From the IMG/VR virus record IMGVR_UViG_2808606796_000002: 64,000 nucleotides of DNA; one strand, 5' to 3'. Under the pieces are notes generated by a model. The model ran no database searches. It was not told the origin of the DNA and saw nothing but the letters and a program-made list of their open reading frames with translations. This document shows positions 39,023 to 48,673 of the stretch, in pieces (positions within the stretch are counted from its first letter, which is position 1; each line of letters begins with the position of its first letter). The position numbers and the translations under genes are program-made. This DNA is from an uncultured virus (IMG/VR IMGVR_UViG_2808606796_000002) (taxonomy: Duplodnaviria; Heunggongvirae; Uroviricota; Caudoviricetes).

Positions 39023-39672
39023 ATATTCAAAAGTTTGATTTCAGTATGGATATTCTCAAGGTGGTTAAATGGGAATATGACTCAGCACCAAATCTTAAAA
39101 ATATTCTTACACTAAAACAAAACTGGTATTCGAATAACCATGAAAGATTCTGGGCGGATTGGGAAAGGAATGTATTTAATTTATTTACTGCCAATGACTT
39201 TGGTTTGAATATATGGGCAATCATCCTTGACCTTCCTTTATACACAGAATCATTAGCAAGCCCTGATAATTACCCTGCATTTGGGTTTGGCGGCTTTGGA
39301 CTCAATTTCGGGCGCAGCAATTTTGCCACAGATACCGACACCGTTAACCGTCTTTCGATAGAGCAGAAACGGCAGTTACTAAGAATGCGATGGTGGCAAA
39401 TCACATCAGATGGCTCAATGCCGTCTATTAATCATGCACTTCATGACGTATTCGGTAAGGATGTGTACGCTCTTGATGGTCATGATATGACGATCACCAT
39501 CGTCTATCAGGTCATCTTGCCAGATATCATGATGCGTTTACTTCAAGATTTCGATTTAATCCCACGCCCGTCAGGGGTGAAATTTACTCACTTAGTCAAG
39601 CCAAGGGATGCATTTGGATTCGCTGAGTATAGCTTAAACTTCGACCAACCTAATTCACAATTTGGGAGTTAA
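39019..39672 (+). CDS. Baseplate protein (DUF2612-like)
   Basis: TANDFGLNIW...LIPRPSGV. Confidence 0.8.
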   Translation: MNIQKFDFSMDILKVVKWEYDSAPNLKNILTLKQNWYSNNHERFWADWERNVFNLFTANDFGLNIWAIILDLPLYTESLASPDNYPAFGFGGFGLNFGRSNFATDTDTVNRLSIEQKRQLLRMRWWQITSDGSMPSINHALHDVFGKDVYALDGHDMTITIVYQVILPDIMMRLLQDFDLIPRPSGVKFTHLVKPRDAFGFAEYSLNFDQPNSQFGS

Positions 39673-39674
39673 TA

Positions 39675-40526
39675 ATGACCTCACTGATAAAAGTCCCCTT
39701 CGCCGATTCAGGGGATAAAACAGCTGTTCCCGAAACAGATTCGGGCGGCGGCGTTAATATGACGCAAGGATATGGTCAGGCATATTCTCTTGACCCCGCT
39801 ACAGACCCCTCCGCGAAAAGAATTGAACGCGATAAAATGAATTGGCTATTTAATATAATTACGAAAGCCATTCATGAAATTCAAATTTCAGGGGTGGCGC
39901 CATTTATAACTAGTGCAGATAATGGCGGCTCTCCATTTTCTTACGGCAAAGGTGCATTGATTTCACTGGATGGTGTAAATTACCAGTCCCTTGAAGATGC
40001 CAACACGACCACTCCTCCGGGTGCGAAATGGTCAGCGGTTCCCGCAAATATCCAGCCCCTGGATGCCACGCTAACTGCGCTGGCCGCGCTTGTGGGGGGG
40101 GCTAATAAGCTCCCGTACTTCAACGGAGCGGATACAGCGGCGTTAACCGATTTAACGCAGGTTGGCCGGGACATTATCGGGAAGACCGATATTGCTGCTG
40201 TTCTCACATACCTTGGTTTACTTGGTGGCAATTTCGCTAGCGGTCCAGGATATTCGCTGAATTATCTTAAAATTCCAGTGAGTACACCCTCCGGACTGGT
40301 CACTAAAATCATTCAATATGGCGTAGCGAGCATGATGGCGGGGCAGGATAACGTCTTAGGGTTGCCAATCACTTTTCCCAACGCTGTGCGCACATGGTAT
40401 GCAACAGGTAACTACACGGCAAACTCAGGAACGCTCGTTGATGTTAACTGCGTAGCTGGATTGAGCAGCATTACATTAAGAGCAAGCGCAGCAGTATCTG
40501 CCATGTGGCTGGTTATCGGAGAATAA
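39675..40526 (+). CDS. Short tail fibre protein
   Basis: PFADSGDK N-terminus; QPLDATLTALA...NKLPYF; C-terminal IIQYG...LPITFPN. Confidence 0.85.
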   Translation: MTSLIKVPFADSGDKTAVPETDSGGGVNMTQGYGQAYSLDPATDPSAKRIERDKMNWLFNIITKAIHEIQISGVAPFITSADNGGSPFSYGKGALISLDGVNYQSLEDANTTTPPGAKWSAVPANIQPLDATLTALAALVGGANKLPYFNGADTAALTDLTQVGRDIIGKTDIAAVLTYLGLLGGNFASGPGYSLNYLKIPVSTPSGLVTKIIQYGVASMMAGQDNVLGLPITFPNAVRTWYATGNYTANSGTLVDVNCVAGLSSITLRASAAVSAMWLVIGE

Positions 40527-40528
40527 TA

Positions 40529-40954
40529 ATGAACAAATATTTATATTCAAAAGGTGCATTTTATCCCTACATCGAAAGAGCATTGTATGAACAAGCCGGT
40601 AGTTGGCCCGACGCAGGGGTGGAGGTAGATGAATCCGTCCGTAACCAGTTTTATGTTTATCCAGAAGGTAAAACATTAGGTACTGATGCTGAAGGGTTCC
40701 CGATTTGGGTGGATGCTCCACCACCAACACACGAAGAAGCACTTGCTCAATCAGAATCGAAAAAGCAGCAACTCATTGGTGAGGCAAATGACTTCATGAA
40801 CAGGAAGCAGTGGCCTGGTAAAGCAGCGATTGGACGCCTGAAAGGAGATGAATTGGCACAGTATGGTCTTTGCCTGGATTATCTTGATGCGCTGGAGGCG
40901 GTCGACACTTCCACGGCTCCGGTGATTGATTGGCCGGAAAAGCCATCGGCATAG
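40529..40954 (+). CDS. Tail fibre assembly chaperone
   Basis: WPGKAAIGRL...YLDALEAVDTSTAPVIDWPEKP. Confidence 0.88.
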   Translation: MNKYLYSKGAFYPYIERALYEQAGSWPDAGVEVDESVRNQFYVYPEGKTLGTDAEGFPIWVDAPPPTHEEALAQSESKKQQLIGEANDFMNRKQWPGKAAIGRLKGDELAQYGLCLDYLDALEAVDTSTAPVIDWPEKPSA

Positions 40955-41068
40955 GAACCTTTGATAGAAACCTCATTTCTGAAAATTTACACAACCCGTA
41001 ATCCCTTCATCAATAAAGACCTTTCCCGACTCTCGAAATTTTAGCGTCGATCAGATTGCCTGGCACGC

Positions 41069-41110
41069 TTGACCTCCTTTTCAATAAATTTATACTGGTT
41101 GCATATACAG
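41069..41110 (+). promoter_or_regulatory. LexA-repressed promoter
   Basis: TTGACC-16-TATACT overlapped by CTGGTTGCATATACAG (41095-41110). Confidence 0.8.
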
Positions 41111-41131
41111 TATTTAAGGGAGGGTAAAACG

Positions 41132-41371
41132 ATGCCTCGTAAATCTGATATCGAATCGGCATTTCGCAAAGCAATAAAGTTAGAACAAAATGGTCGGCGG
41201 ACGGTGATGACCACCGACTTTGTTCGAGAGCTGGGGAAGGTGAATTGGTACTGGAGTCAGAGAGAAGCCAATCAGTGGATCGAATTCTATGTTACGACAT
41301 TTAAGGATGTATCTACCCAGGAAGGGGAATCTCGCACCTTTATGCTTTACAACCCAAATGGAGGGCTTTAA
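41132..41371 (+). CDS. SOS-linked 79-aa hypothetical protein
   Basis: GGAGG SD directly after LexA box. Confidence 0.75.
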   Translation: MPRKSDIESAFRKAIKLEQNGRRTVMTTDFVRELGKVNWYWSQREANQWIEFYVTTFKDVSTQEGESRTFMLYNPNGGL

Positions 41372-41373
41372 TC

Positions 41374-41697
41374 ATGGGCTTCCCATCCCCAGCGGCCGAT
41401 TACGTCAGTAAGCCATTAGACCTCAACGATATGCTCGGCGTCACGCCAGGTGATACTGTTCTGGTTACGAATGATGAAGGGTTCATTCTTCTCAGTAAAT
41501 CCTCTAAACCAAAGCAGGGCGATACAATGCTGATACAGTTCTGTGGAAGCACGCAATTCGCGAAATTGTACGGCTCCGCATTCATTACGGCAGATGGCGA
41601 AGCAATAGAGGGTGAAGCACTCGATGATGCAGTTGTTATCGGAAAGGTAGTAAATATCATTTTATCAACAAGGATGGATGATATCCCAACCATCTGA
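41374..41697 (+). CDS. UmuD'-like (HumD-like) protein
   Basis: Starts MGFPSPAADY; C-terminal VIGKV; no GDSM motif. Confidence 0.75.
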   Translation: MGFPSPAADYVSKPLDLNDMLGVTPGDTVLVTNDEGFILLSKSSKPKQGDTMLIQFCGSTQFAKLYGSAFITADGEAIEGEALDDAVVIGKVVNIILSTRMDDIPTI

Positions 41698-41930
41698 AAA
41701 ATAGTTTCGTATGAAGGGTGTCTAGGGTGGGGCATGCAACAATGTTAACATTTAACAAATTGCGGCAAAGATCATTATTTGTCCCGAAGAAATCCCGTCG
41801 AGCATCCGAAAAAGTTAGCAAGTGTTTGATCATCAAAGAACACAATAGTAAGTATTGATGAGTGGAAAGGCGGGTGAATTTGCGGGTAACTTACTGATAT
41901 TAAACTTAAAAAACAGAAAGGAAAGAAAAC

Positions 41931-41956
41931 AGGAATCGTATTCGGTCTTTTTTTAT
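41931..41956 (+). repeat. att core, second copy (attR of prophage 1 / attL of prophage 2)
   Basis: Exact repeat of 603-628; 90 bp from the second integrase. Confidence 0.93.
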
Positions 41957-42046
41957 TCGCTGATTAAAATCAGAGACTTATAATAAATTCAGTAACTTAC
42001 CGCACATCCTGTTGCACTCCATTACACCCAATATGATGCTCTGTAG

Positions 42047-43084
42047 TCACTTTGTGGACGCCCCGCCAAGCTTACTGAGCGGGTTTAATATAAGTGCATC
42101 CTCAAGATGATCAGGTGCAAAATGGGCATAACGCATCGTAACTCGAATATCAGAATGCCCCAAAATTCTTTGCAGGACAATAATATTCCCACCTCCCATC
42201 ATAAAATGACTTGCAAATGTATGCCTAAGTACATGACTCATTTGGCCTTCTGGTAATTGAAGTTCGGCAATTTTTATTACGCGATAAAACTGGCGATAGC
42301 ATTGCTCAAAAGGCTTACCGTCACGGTTGATGAGTTCTTTATATAACTCATCAGATATTGGAACTGTTCGGTTCTTTTTGCCCTTCGTGTTTACGAAAGT
42401 AATCTTATTAGGTGAGAGTTGAGATTTCTTAAGATTTGCCGCTTCACTCCAGCGTGCTCCGGTGGAAAGGCAGATTTTTACAATCAGGGTTAATTCAGGA
42501 TTTCCATGCCCACGACACGCACCCATCAATCTTTTCACTTCATCGTCAGTAAGCCAGGACATTTCTTTTTCAGGCTCATCAAACTCACGAATATTCTTGA
42601 GTGGGTTAGGGTAGTTAACCTCACCAAGTCGGGTTAATTCATTAAACACTGCACGAAGAAAAGCATGTTCACAGTTCACCGTTCCGATGGAAACCTTGAG
42701 TGATTTTTCACTGGTTTTATAACCGTTAGCAATCTGGCCGGTGAGTCGCCTATCCCGGTAATGTGCCCAATCTTTAGCTGTAATTTGTGAGGCGACGGGA
42801 TCGCCCAGGCCATTACAGATGATATGCAGTTTACCCAGGCGACCTTTCTTATCACTAAGAGAGCAACCATGTAACTTGTACCATAGCTCGATTAGCTCAC
42901 TTAGATGTCGACGGTCATCCTTCTCTGCCATCCAGGGCTTTTGCTTCGCCTGTTCTAGTTGATAACTTTCATAGGCAAGCGCCTCACCTTTAGTGGCGAA
43001 TTTCTTGCGAACACGCTTACTGCCGCGCCCATCGATATAAACATCGCAAAGCCATTGTCCATCGGCTTGCTTTCGTACGGTCAT
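42047..43084 (-). CDS. int: Tyrosine integrase, 186/HP1 type
   Basis: RVRKKFATKGEALAYE; TGARWSE, HVLRH, LGH, RYAH. Confidence 0.95.
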   Translation of the reverse strand: MTVRKQADGQWLCDVYIDGRGSKRVRKKFATKGEALAYESYQLEQAKQKPWMAEKDDRRHLSELIELWYKLHGCSLSDKKGRLGKLHIICNGLGDPVASQITAKDWAHYRDRRLTGQIANGYKTSEKSLKVSIGTVNCEHAFLRAVFNELTRLGEVNYPNPLKNIREFDEPEKEMSWLTDDEVKRLMGACRGHGNPELTLIVKICLSTGARWSEAANLKKSQLSPNKITFVNTKGKKNRTVPISDELYKELINRDGKPFEQCYRQFYRVIKIAELQLPEGQMSHVLRHTFASHFMMGGGNIIVLQRILGHSDIRVTMRYAHFAPDHLEDALILNPLSKLGGASTK

Positions 43085-43113
43085 GTGAGAATCCTGCTAA
43101 ATCAAATGATTGA

Positions 43114-43142
43114 AAAATACTGTATATTTAAACAGTATTCAA
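43114..43142 (-). promoter_or_regulatory. Integrase promoter with LexA box in its spacer
   Basis: Minus strand TTGAAT-17-TATTTT; TACTGTATATTTAAACAGTA, core 43120-43135. Confidence 0.8.
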
Positions 43143-43247
43143 TGTTTGATTTTGCAAACTCATACATTCAATTGCTTACTTAAAAGAGTATCTTTGTTAT
43201 CTCAGATGAAGCGCAGGCATAAAAAAACCTGCTTTCGCAGGCTTTTT

Positions 43248-43466
43248 CTACATCCAGAGCTGTTGCTGTTTATAGCGATTAGGGTGGGGCGGTGCTGGTT
43301 CAACTTCGCCAGGCTTAACGATGTATCGAGCAAGCGATTCATGGGTGACAAAAGTGCATCCACAGTTGATATTCTGGCACTGGTGATAACGTTCTTTGGT
43401 TTCTATGCTCAAATATCTGCTGGATCGCGCGTGGGCCGCGTCCTGGCATAACGGGCAATGCATCAT
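43248..43466 (-). CDS. ogr: Ogr/Delta late activator
   Basis: MMHCPLC...ERYHQCQNINCGCTF; terminator at 43221-43247. Confidence 0.95.
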   Translation of the reverse strand: MMHCPLCQDAAHARSSRYLSIETKERYHQCQNINCGCTFVTHESLARYIVKPGEVEPAPPHPNRYKQQQLWM

Positions 43467-43548
43467 GATTTATTTCCCCTCTCGCTCATCATTGAGGGAA
43501 TGATAAACTCACAGATCGCATTTGCAAGTTATTGTTTGCAAATTTAAC

Positions 43549-44703
43549 TTATTCAGATTCGTAACTCACATCGTTTAATCTCACCTCCAGCTCAAGCGAA
43601 GTCGTGAAGCCGCTATTACTGAGCGAGTGCATCACCTTTGTAATTGTCCACGCCTGCTCGTCTATGACGCGCTTAAAGCCTGACACTCTGACCGGTGTTT
43701 CCGGGTAGAGATCTGCGCGTCCCATAGCAAGGCTGATGGAAAACTCCGCCACACCGCGTTGTAACTTGTCCCATTTCGCCTGAGCCGCACGCATCGCCTG
43801 CGCTTTGCTGGCGTAAATGGTGGTCAGGGCAAACACATTATCTTCCTCACCGACCATGTACTCACCCTCGCGTGCTTCCTTTTCCTTTGGTGCTTTCTTT
43901 GCTTTTACCGGCTTTGCCTTCGGATGTTGCAGCGCGCGCAGGTGCTGCGGCTTTGCCTTACGCTTGAGTTTGACCTGCTGCTTTTGCTCTTTTGGCTCCT
44001 TCGTGTGCAGCCATTTCACCGTCACGCCGGTATAAGCACCCCGGTCGGCAATCGCAAACTGATGACGGTCGCCATCTTTACGCTCGATGGTCATCTGTGG
44101 AATAGGTTTGCCACTGGCCGTGACACCGGCACCGGCTTTGATGAACAGCAGTTTCCCTGCCTTAACCGAGACCTCTGCCCCGTTGCGTTCTGCCAGGCGG
44201 GTGAGGAATTTCGCGTCGGACTCCTGCGTCTGGTCGATATGCGGGATGGCAATTGTCGCAAATTGCGGAGCAACACTGACGGTCAGCTTGTTGCGGCTGG
44301 CAATGGTGTTCAGCACTTCCCCAAGTGTGGTGTGATGATATGACGCCTCGCGGCGGGAGTTGAGCGTACCGCGAAAATCCGCACTGCGCGCCCGGATGGT
44401 CAGCGTGTCCGGTGCGCCCCGGTGCTCAATTTCATCGACCGTAAACTGCCCTTTGCCGAGTAATGCCGAACCCTGCCAGCCTAGGAAAAGTGAGAGCACC
44501 GCGCCGCGCACCGGCAGCTCAATCAGGCCGTCGCTGTCATCGAGTTCGATATCGAGCTGGTCAGCCTCAAAGCCCCGGTTATCCGACAGACTGAGGCTAA
44601 TCAGCCGGTCGCTGATATTGCGGGTGATGTCCTGATTATTCAGGGTGAGCATAAACGCCGGTGCCATGGTCGCGCCCGCATCGAGTGTCATTCCGGTCAG
44701 CAT
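43549..44703 (-). CDS. D: P2 gpD baseplate hub
   Basis: DNRGFEADQLDIELDD. Confidence 0.93.
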   Translation of the reverse strand: MLTGMTLDAGATMAPAFMLTLNNQDITRNISDRLISLSLSDNRGFEADQLDIELDDSDGLIELPVRGAVLSLFLGWQGSALLGKGQFTVDEIEHRGAPDTLTIRARSADFRGTLNSRREASYHHTTLGEVLNTIASRNKLTVSVAPQFATIAIPHIDQTQESDAKFLTRLAERNGAEVSVKAGKLLFIKAGAGVTASGKPIPQMTIERKDGDRHQFAIADRGAYTGVTVKWLHTKEPKEQKQQVKLKRKAKPQHLRALQHPKAKPVKAKKAPKEKEAREGEYMVGEEDNVFALTTIYASKAQAMRAAQAKWDKLQRGVAEFSISLAMGRADLYPETPVRVSGFKRVIDEQAWTITKVMHSLSNSGFTTSLELEVRLNDVSYESE

Positions 44704-45164
44704 CAGAATAACCCTCCGATTTTGCCCGGCAAGCTCCCGACCAGGCTGTCGGCCTGTTTCTGGATGTCGCCAAACATCGCCGTCAGCGACTCATCCACGC
44801 GTGTGAGGTTGACGGTAAAATCAATTTTGCGCGCCGAGCCATCGGCAAAAAACTCGGTGTAGGTCTCGCTCACCGAATTAATCACAAACATGCCGTAAAT
44901 GGTGCCGCTGCCATCGAGCAACGGCCAGGCGCGCCCCTCATCCGCCATCAGATTGAGTGCCAGCAGTGACAATCTGCCGCCGGTGATTTCCGGTAACAGG
45001 CTTCCACTCAGGGCAATCTTTTCCTCATTGACGCCGAGAAACTGCATCGCCGGTCGCTGACCGACGCGACTGTTTGACGGCCAGCGGTAATCCACATCGC
45101 GTTGCAGGCTCTGATAAGGCAGTGTCTGCAACTGAAAAACAAACATGCCGAGTACAAGCATCAT
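44703..45164 (-). CDS. U: P2 gpU
   Basis: MMLVLGMFVF...WPSNSRVG. Confidence 0.92.
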   Translation of the reverse strand: MMLVLGMFVFQLQTLPYQSLQRDVDYRWPSNSRVGQRPAMQFLGVNEEKIALSGSLLPEITGGRLSLLALNLMADEGRAWPLLDGSGTIYGMFVINSVSETYTEFFADGSARKIDFTVNLTRVDESLTAMFGDIQKQADSLVGSLPGKIGGLF

Positions 45165-45176
45165 GGTTATGCCTCC

Positions 45177-47627
45177 TTAGTCGTGCATCATGCTGGCGCG
45201 TTGTTTAGCTCGCTTTTCACGCTCGTATTTTTCCAGGCTGTCACGGAGCTGGCGGTCAAGTTCGGTGCCGTTCTGCACCCCGCCACCGATGGCAATGTGA
45301 TACTCGTTGCGGCTCTGGTCGGTGTAGCTTTTTCCCGCGTTTGCCGTCACCGGCTGATAACTGCCATAACCGCCGCTCAGAACGTCACCGGACGGGGAAT
45401 AACTCCCACCGGCACCGTTAGCGTACGCATTGACCTTCTCCGCCTTTTCACCCAGTTGCCCGGATTCCTTGTTGATGATGCCGAGCTTGTCGAGTACCCA
45501 CTCGATACCGTCACGCAGGGCGGTAAACGGTGTCATGGCCAGCCGGAAAGCACCGGCCAGTGCCTGACCAAACGCCACGCCAGATTCTTTGCAGCTGTCG
45601 AGTGTGTCCTTGCTGGCTTTCACCGGGGCGATAAGCTCTTTAAACCACTGCCAGACCCGTTGCACCTTCTGCCCAATCACCTCAAAGAGCGGAGCCAGTG
45701 GCGCGAACATCTCAGTCACCGGCGCAAAGGCGGCTTTCAGTCCCTCGACCACACCGGAGAAAAATGCGCCCAGCGGCTCCCAGTATTTGCGGATGAGTAT
45801 CACACCCGCGACAACCGCCGCCCCGACCGCAACTATCGGCCAGGAGAGCGCCCCGAGCACCGTGATGATGGCACTGCCTGCCACGGTAAATGCCGTCCAG
45901 AGCAGACCGGCGGCGGCAATAATGCCATTGATACCGGCAATCACCGGCCACGCCACCAGACCTATTGCGCCGACCATACCAATCACCGCCAGTGCGACAC
46001 CGCCGACCTTGAGCAGCGTTTGTGCGAGTCCTTTGTTCTGCACAATCCAGTGGTCGAGTTTCAGCACATATTTGATGGTGGTCTGCGTCAACTTACGGAG
46101 TGATGATTCCTGCTGGTCAAACAGGTCGGTGCCGACCGCCTCATACGCCGACTGAAATTCTTTAAAGTCGCCGCCGAGGTTGTCCTGCATCACCTTCACC
46201 AGTTCGGCGGTTTTCCCGTCCGAGGCTTTGAAGGTGGCGGTGAGTTTGTCGAGTTTGCCGGTCATGGCATCGGTCATCAGCACGGCGGCTGCGGAGCTGG
46301 CTTCCTCACCAAAGATGACTTTCATGTACTCGGCCTGCTGCGCGGTGCCGAGTTTGTTGCGGGTAAAGCTGGTCTGCATTTCTTTAAGGAGGGTAAACAG
46401 CGGACGCATGTTGCCTTTGGCATCCGTATTTTTTACCCCCAGTTCACCCAATGCGGTTTTGGCCTGACCGACCGGTGCCTGCAACCGGCTGATAACCGCG
46501 CGACTGCCGGTACCAGCCATCGAGCCGGTGATTTTGGCGTCATGCAGGGCACCGGCCATGGCGGCGGTTTCCTCGATACTGATACCGGCATTTTTTGCCA
46601 CGGGCGCAACATAGGTCAGTGCGTCGCTCAGCCCGTTAAAGTCGGCGGCGGTTTTGTTCATCGTGCTTGAGAGTACATCGCCGATGTGCGCGACCTTATC
46701 GTTGGAGAGCTGGAAGGCCGAGCGCATCCCCATCAACAGCGCGGCGTTTTCTTCCATGGTGCGTTGGTTGGCAAGCGCCATATTCAGCGTGACCGGCGTT
46801 GCGGCCTGAATAGCGGCAGCGTCCCCGCCTGATTTGGCAATAATAATCTGCGCCCCGGCAGCGTCATCGGCTGAGGCGGCGGTGTTGTCCCCGAGCTGGC
46901 GTGCCTGTTTGCGCAGGGCTTCCATTTCCGGTGAGGTTTTTTCCACCCCGAGTACCGCCTGCAACTCCGAATTTTTCTGCGCGAAGTCATAGCCGGGTTT
47001 GAGGATACCGACGCCCGCCGCCACGCCCGCCGTTGCCATGCCGACACCGGCGGCACCCACCGCGCCAGCCGTTCCGGCCAGCTCCTTACCCGCCTGATAA
47101 CGGTTTTTGACCGCGTTGAGTTTGGCCTGTTTCGCGCTGACCTGCTCGAGCGCCAGCTTCTGCCGGTTAAGCTGGTTGGTGGTTTCGCTGATGCGTCCCT
47201 TTAAACGCAGCTCGTCAGCAGTAAGGTTGCGGGTGTTAATCCCGGCCAGGCCGAGTTCACGCTGCTGGCGCTTAACCGACTCGGTCAGGCTGTTAAATTT
47301 CGTCTGCAACCCATCTGCGGCCGATTTTGCCGCGGCCAGCGCTTTTGACTGCTCGCGCGTCGGGCGCTCGGTGTTATGAAACTGCATCGCCAGCGCTTCG
47401 GCATCATTCTTCGCTTTATTCAGTGACTGACCCGTGACCGCAAGCTGCGCGCTGGTTTTGCGAAAACCCTCAATACGCGATGCCTGGCCGTTTAACTCTT
47501 TGAGGGATTTCTGCGTGTTGCGGATATCCCCCGACAGCGTTTTGCTCGCCGTCTGGATGTGTTTAAACGGGCGCGTCGCCTGGTCAACGGCTTTTAACAG
47601 CACTTCGATTCTGACGTTATTGCTCAT
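45177..47627 (-). CDS. T: P2 gpT tape measure
   Basis: LLKAVDQATRPF; DNLGGDFKEFQSAYE. Confidence 0.93.
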   Translation of the reverse strand: MSNNVRIEVLLKAVDQATRPFKHIQTASKTLSGDIRNTQKSLKELNGQASRIEGFRKTSAQLAVTGQSLNKAKNDAEALAMQFHNTERPTREQSKALAAAKSAADGLQTKFNSLTESVKRQQRELGLAGINTRNLTADELRLKGRISETTNQLNRQKLALEQVSAKQAKLNAVKNRYQAGKELAGTAGAVGAAGVGMATAGVAAGVGILKPGYDFAQKNSELQAVLGVEKTSPEMEALRKQARQLGDNTAASADDAAGAQIIIAKSGGDAAAIQAATPVTLNMALANQRTMEENAALLMGMRSAFQLSNDKVAHIGDVLSSTMNKTAADFNGLSDALTYVAPVAKNAGISIEETAAMAGALHDAKITGSMAGTGSRAVISRLQAPVGQAKTALGELGVKNTDAKGNMRPLFTLLKEMQTSFTRNKLGTAQQAEYMKVIFGEEASSAAAVLMTDAMTGKLDKLTATFKASDGKTAELVKVMQDNLGGDFKEFQSAYEAVGTDLFDQQESSLRKLTQTTIKYVLKLDHWIVQNKGLAQTLLKVGGVALAVIGMVGAIGLVAWPVIAGINGIIAAAGLLWTAFTVAGSAIITVLGALSWPIVAVGAAVVAGVILIRKYWEPLGAFFSGVVEGLKAAFAPVTEMFAPLAPLFEVIGQKVQRVWQWFKELIAPVKASKDTLDSCKESGVAFGQALAGAFRLAMTPFTALRDGIEWVLDKLGIINKESGQLGEKAEKVNAYANGAGGSYSPSGDVLSGGYGSYQPVTANAGKSYTDQSRNEYHIAIGGGVQNGTELDRQLRDSLEKYEREKRAKQRASMMHD

Positions 47628-47739
47628 GAGAATTTCCGCTCCGTTTCAGCGCCATCTCGCGCCAGCTGATGAGGTCGCTCAGGCTCAGGGCGTAGAGTTC
47701 TGACGGCGGCCAGTGGAAAATCACCGCGATATCCGCCAT
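47617..47739 (-). CDS. E': gpE' frameshift extension
   Basis: MADIAVIFHWPPSE; slippery TTTTTTG at 47793-47799 (minus). Confidence 0.85.
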   Translation of the reverse strand: MADIAVIFHWPPSELYALSLSDLISWREMALKRSGNSHEQ

Positions 47740-47771
47740 CAGGTCGTCAACCGATAAACCTGGCGGGAAAC

Positions 47772-48077
47772 TTAGACCGCCGAAGCCGGAGCCAAAAAAC
47801 CGATCACCTTCGCAGCCAGCGTCATCATGTCCGGCAGCTCCATGGCGACGACATCCGACTCGGTCAGGCCCGGATAGGTCATGCGCGGCAGCACTTTAAT
47901 CAGCGCGTTCACATCCGAGCTGGCAACATCAGCCAGGCTCACCCCGCGCAGGGTACCCGCCGTCGGCTTAATCAGCGTGATGGTTTCAATCACCATTTCG
48001 CCGCGTTTAATCGGCTTCACCAGGGTCACAATGTTCGGGTTATCAGAGGTGTTTTTGTATTTTTTTGCGTTGCTCAT
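47772..48077 (-). CDS. E: P2 gpE tail chaperone
   Basis: KPTAGTLRGVSL...VLPRMT. Confidence 0.9.
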   Translation of the reverse strand: MSNAKKYKNTSDNPNIVTLVKPIKRGEMVIETITLIKPTAGTLRGVSLADVASSDVNALIKVLPRMTYPGLTESDVVAMELPDMMTLAAKVIGFLAPASAV

Positions 48078-48139
48078 GAGGTTTTTCTCCGGGAATTAAT
48101 CAAGGGTTAACCGGCCAGCCAGCCTGACCGGGAAGTGCA

Positions 48140-48661
48140 TTAAGACAGGCCGATATTGCGGCGGCGCTGCTCAAGACGATCGACGCCGTTCACCTTCTCA
48201 ATCATGTTGATGGTGTCGATTTCAATCAGCTCTTTGCCGTTCATCGTCAGCTTGTAGTAGGTGCAAACGGTGGTGATTTTGGTCTCGGTGTCTTCACCCT
48301 GTTTGCTGTCGCCGCCGTCAAATTCTTTATGACGGCCACGCACCACCACCTCGACAGCGGTTTCATCTTCCGTGTCGTCGCGCTGGTAGGAGCCTGCAAA
48401 ACGCAGCGGCACACTGGAGGCACCCGGCAGCGCGTACTGCGCCCAGAGTGCCTCGTCCGGGAAGCCGCCGAGCGTCCATTCAAGGGTGAGCGCATCATCG
48501 TCGAGACCAAAATCCACATGCGCGGCACCGTTCATCCCGGCACCGCGCCACGCTTCCAGTTTGCGGGTGAGTTTGGGCAGCGTGACGGAGGACGCCACAC
48601 CCATGTAACTGAGGCCGTCGTTAAACAGGTTTAATGACTTGAGCTTGCGGGGCATTGCCAT
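48140..48661 (-). CDS. FII: P2 gpFII tail tube
   Basis: MAMPRKLKSLNLFNDG. Confidence 0.95.
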   Translation of the reverse strand: MAMPRKLKSLNLFNDGLSYMGVASSVTLPKLTRKLEAWRGAGMNGAAHVDFGLDDDALTLEWTLGGFPDEALWAQYALPGASSVPLRFAGSYQRDDTEDETAVEVVVRGRHKEFDGGDSKQGEDTETKITTVCTYYKLTMNGKELIEIDTINMIEKVNGVDRLEQRRRNIGLS

Positions 48662-48673
48662 GTTTCTGGCTCC

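Larger units (their letters stand above)
603..41956. mobile_element. Prophage 1: lambdoid early region plus contractile-tail late region, about 41.3 kb
   Basis: Bounded by att repeats; int to tail fibre gene set with no obvious disruption. Confidence 0.93.

Noticed and set aside
40201..40990. hix/gix-like half-sites (TTCTCACATACCTTGGTTTA at 40201; TTGATAGAAACCTC at 40961) suggesting tail-fibre inversion
   Set aside because: Degenerate, no invertase gene and no alternative fibre cassette; at most a relic
43110..43451. 113-aa plus-strand ORF
   Set aside because: Antisense to ogr, spanning its terminator and the LexA box
45102..46103. 333-aa plus-strand ORF and similar long antisense ORFs
   Set aside because: Shadows of GC-rich tape measure and structural genes; no motifs
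47617..48077. E/E' split as a pseudogene
   Set aside because: Known programmed -1 frameshift at TTTTTTG in P2
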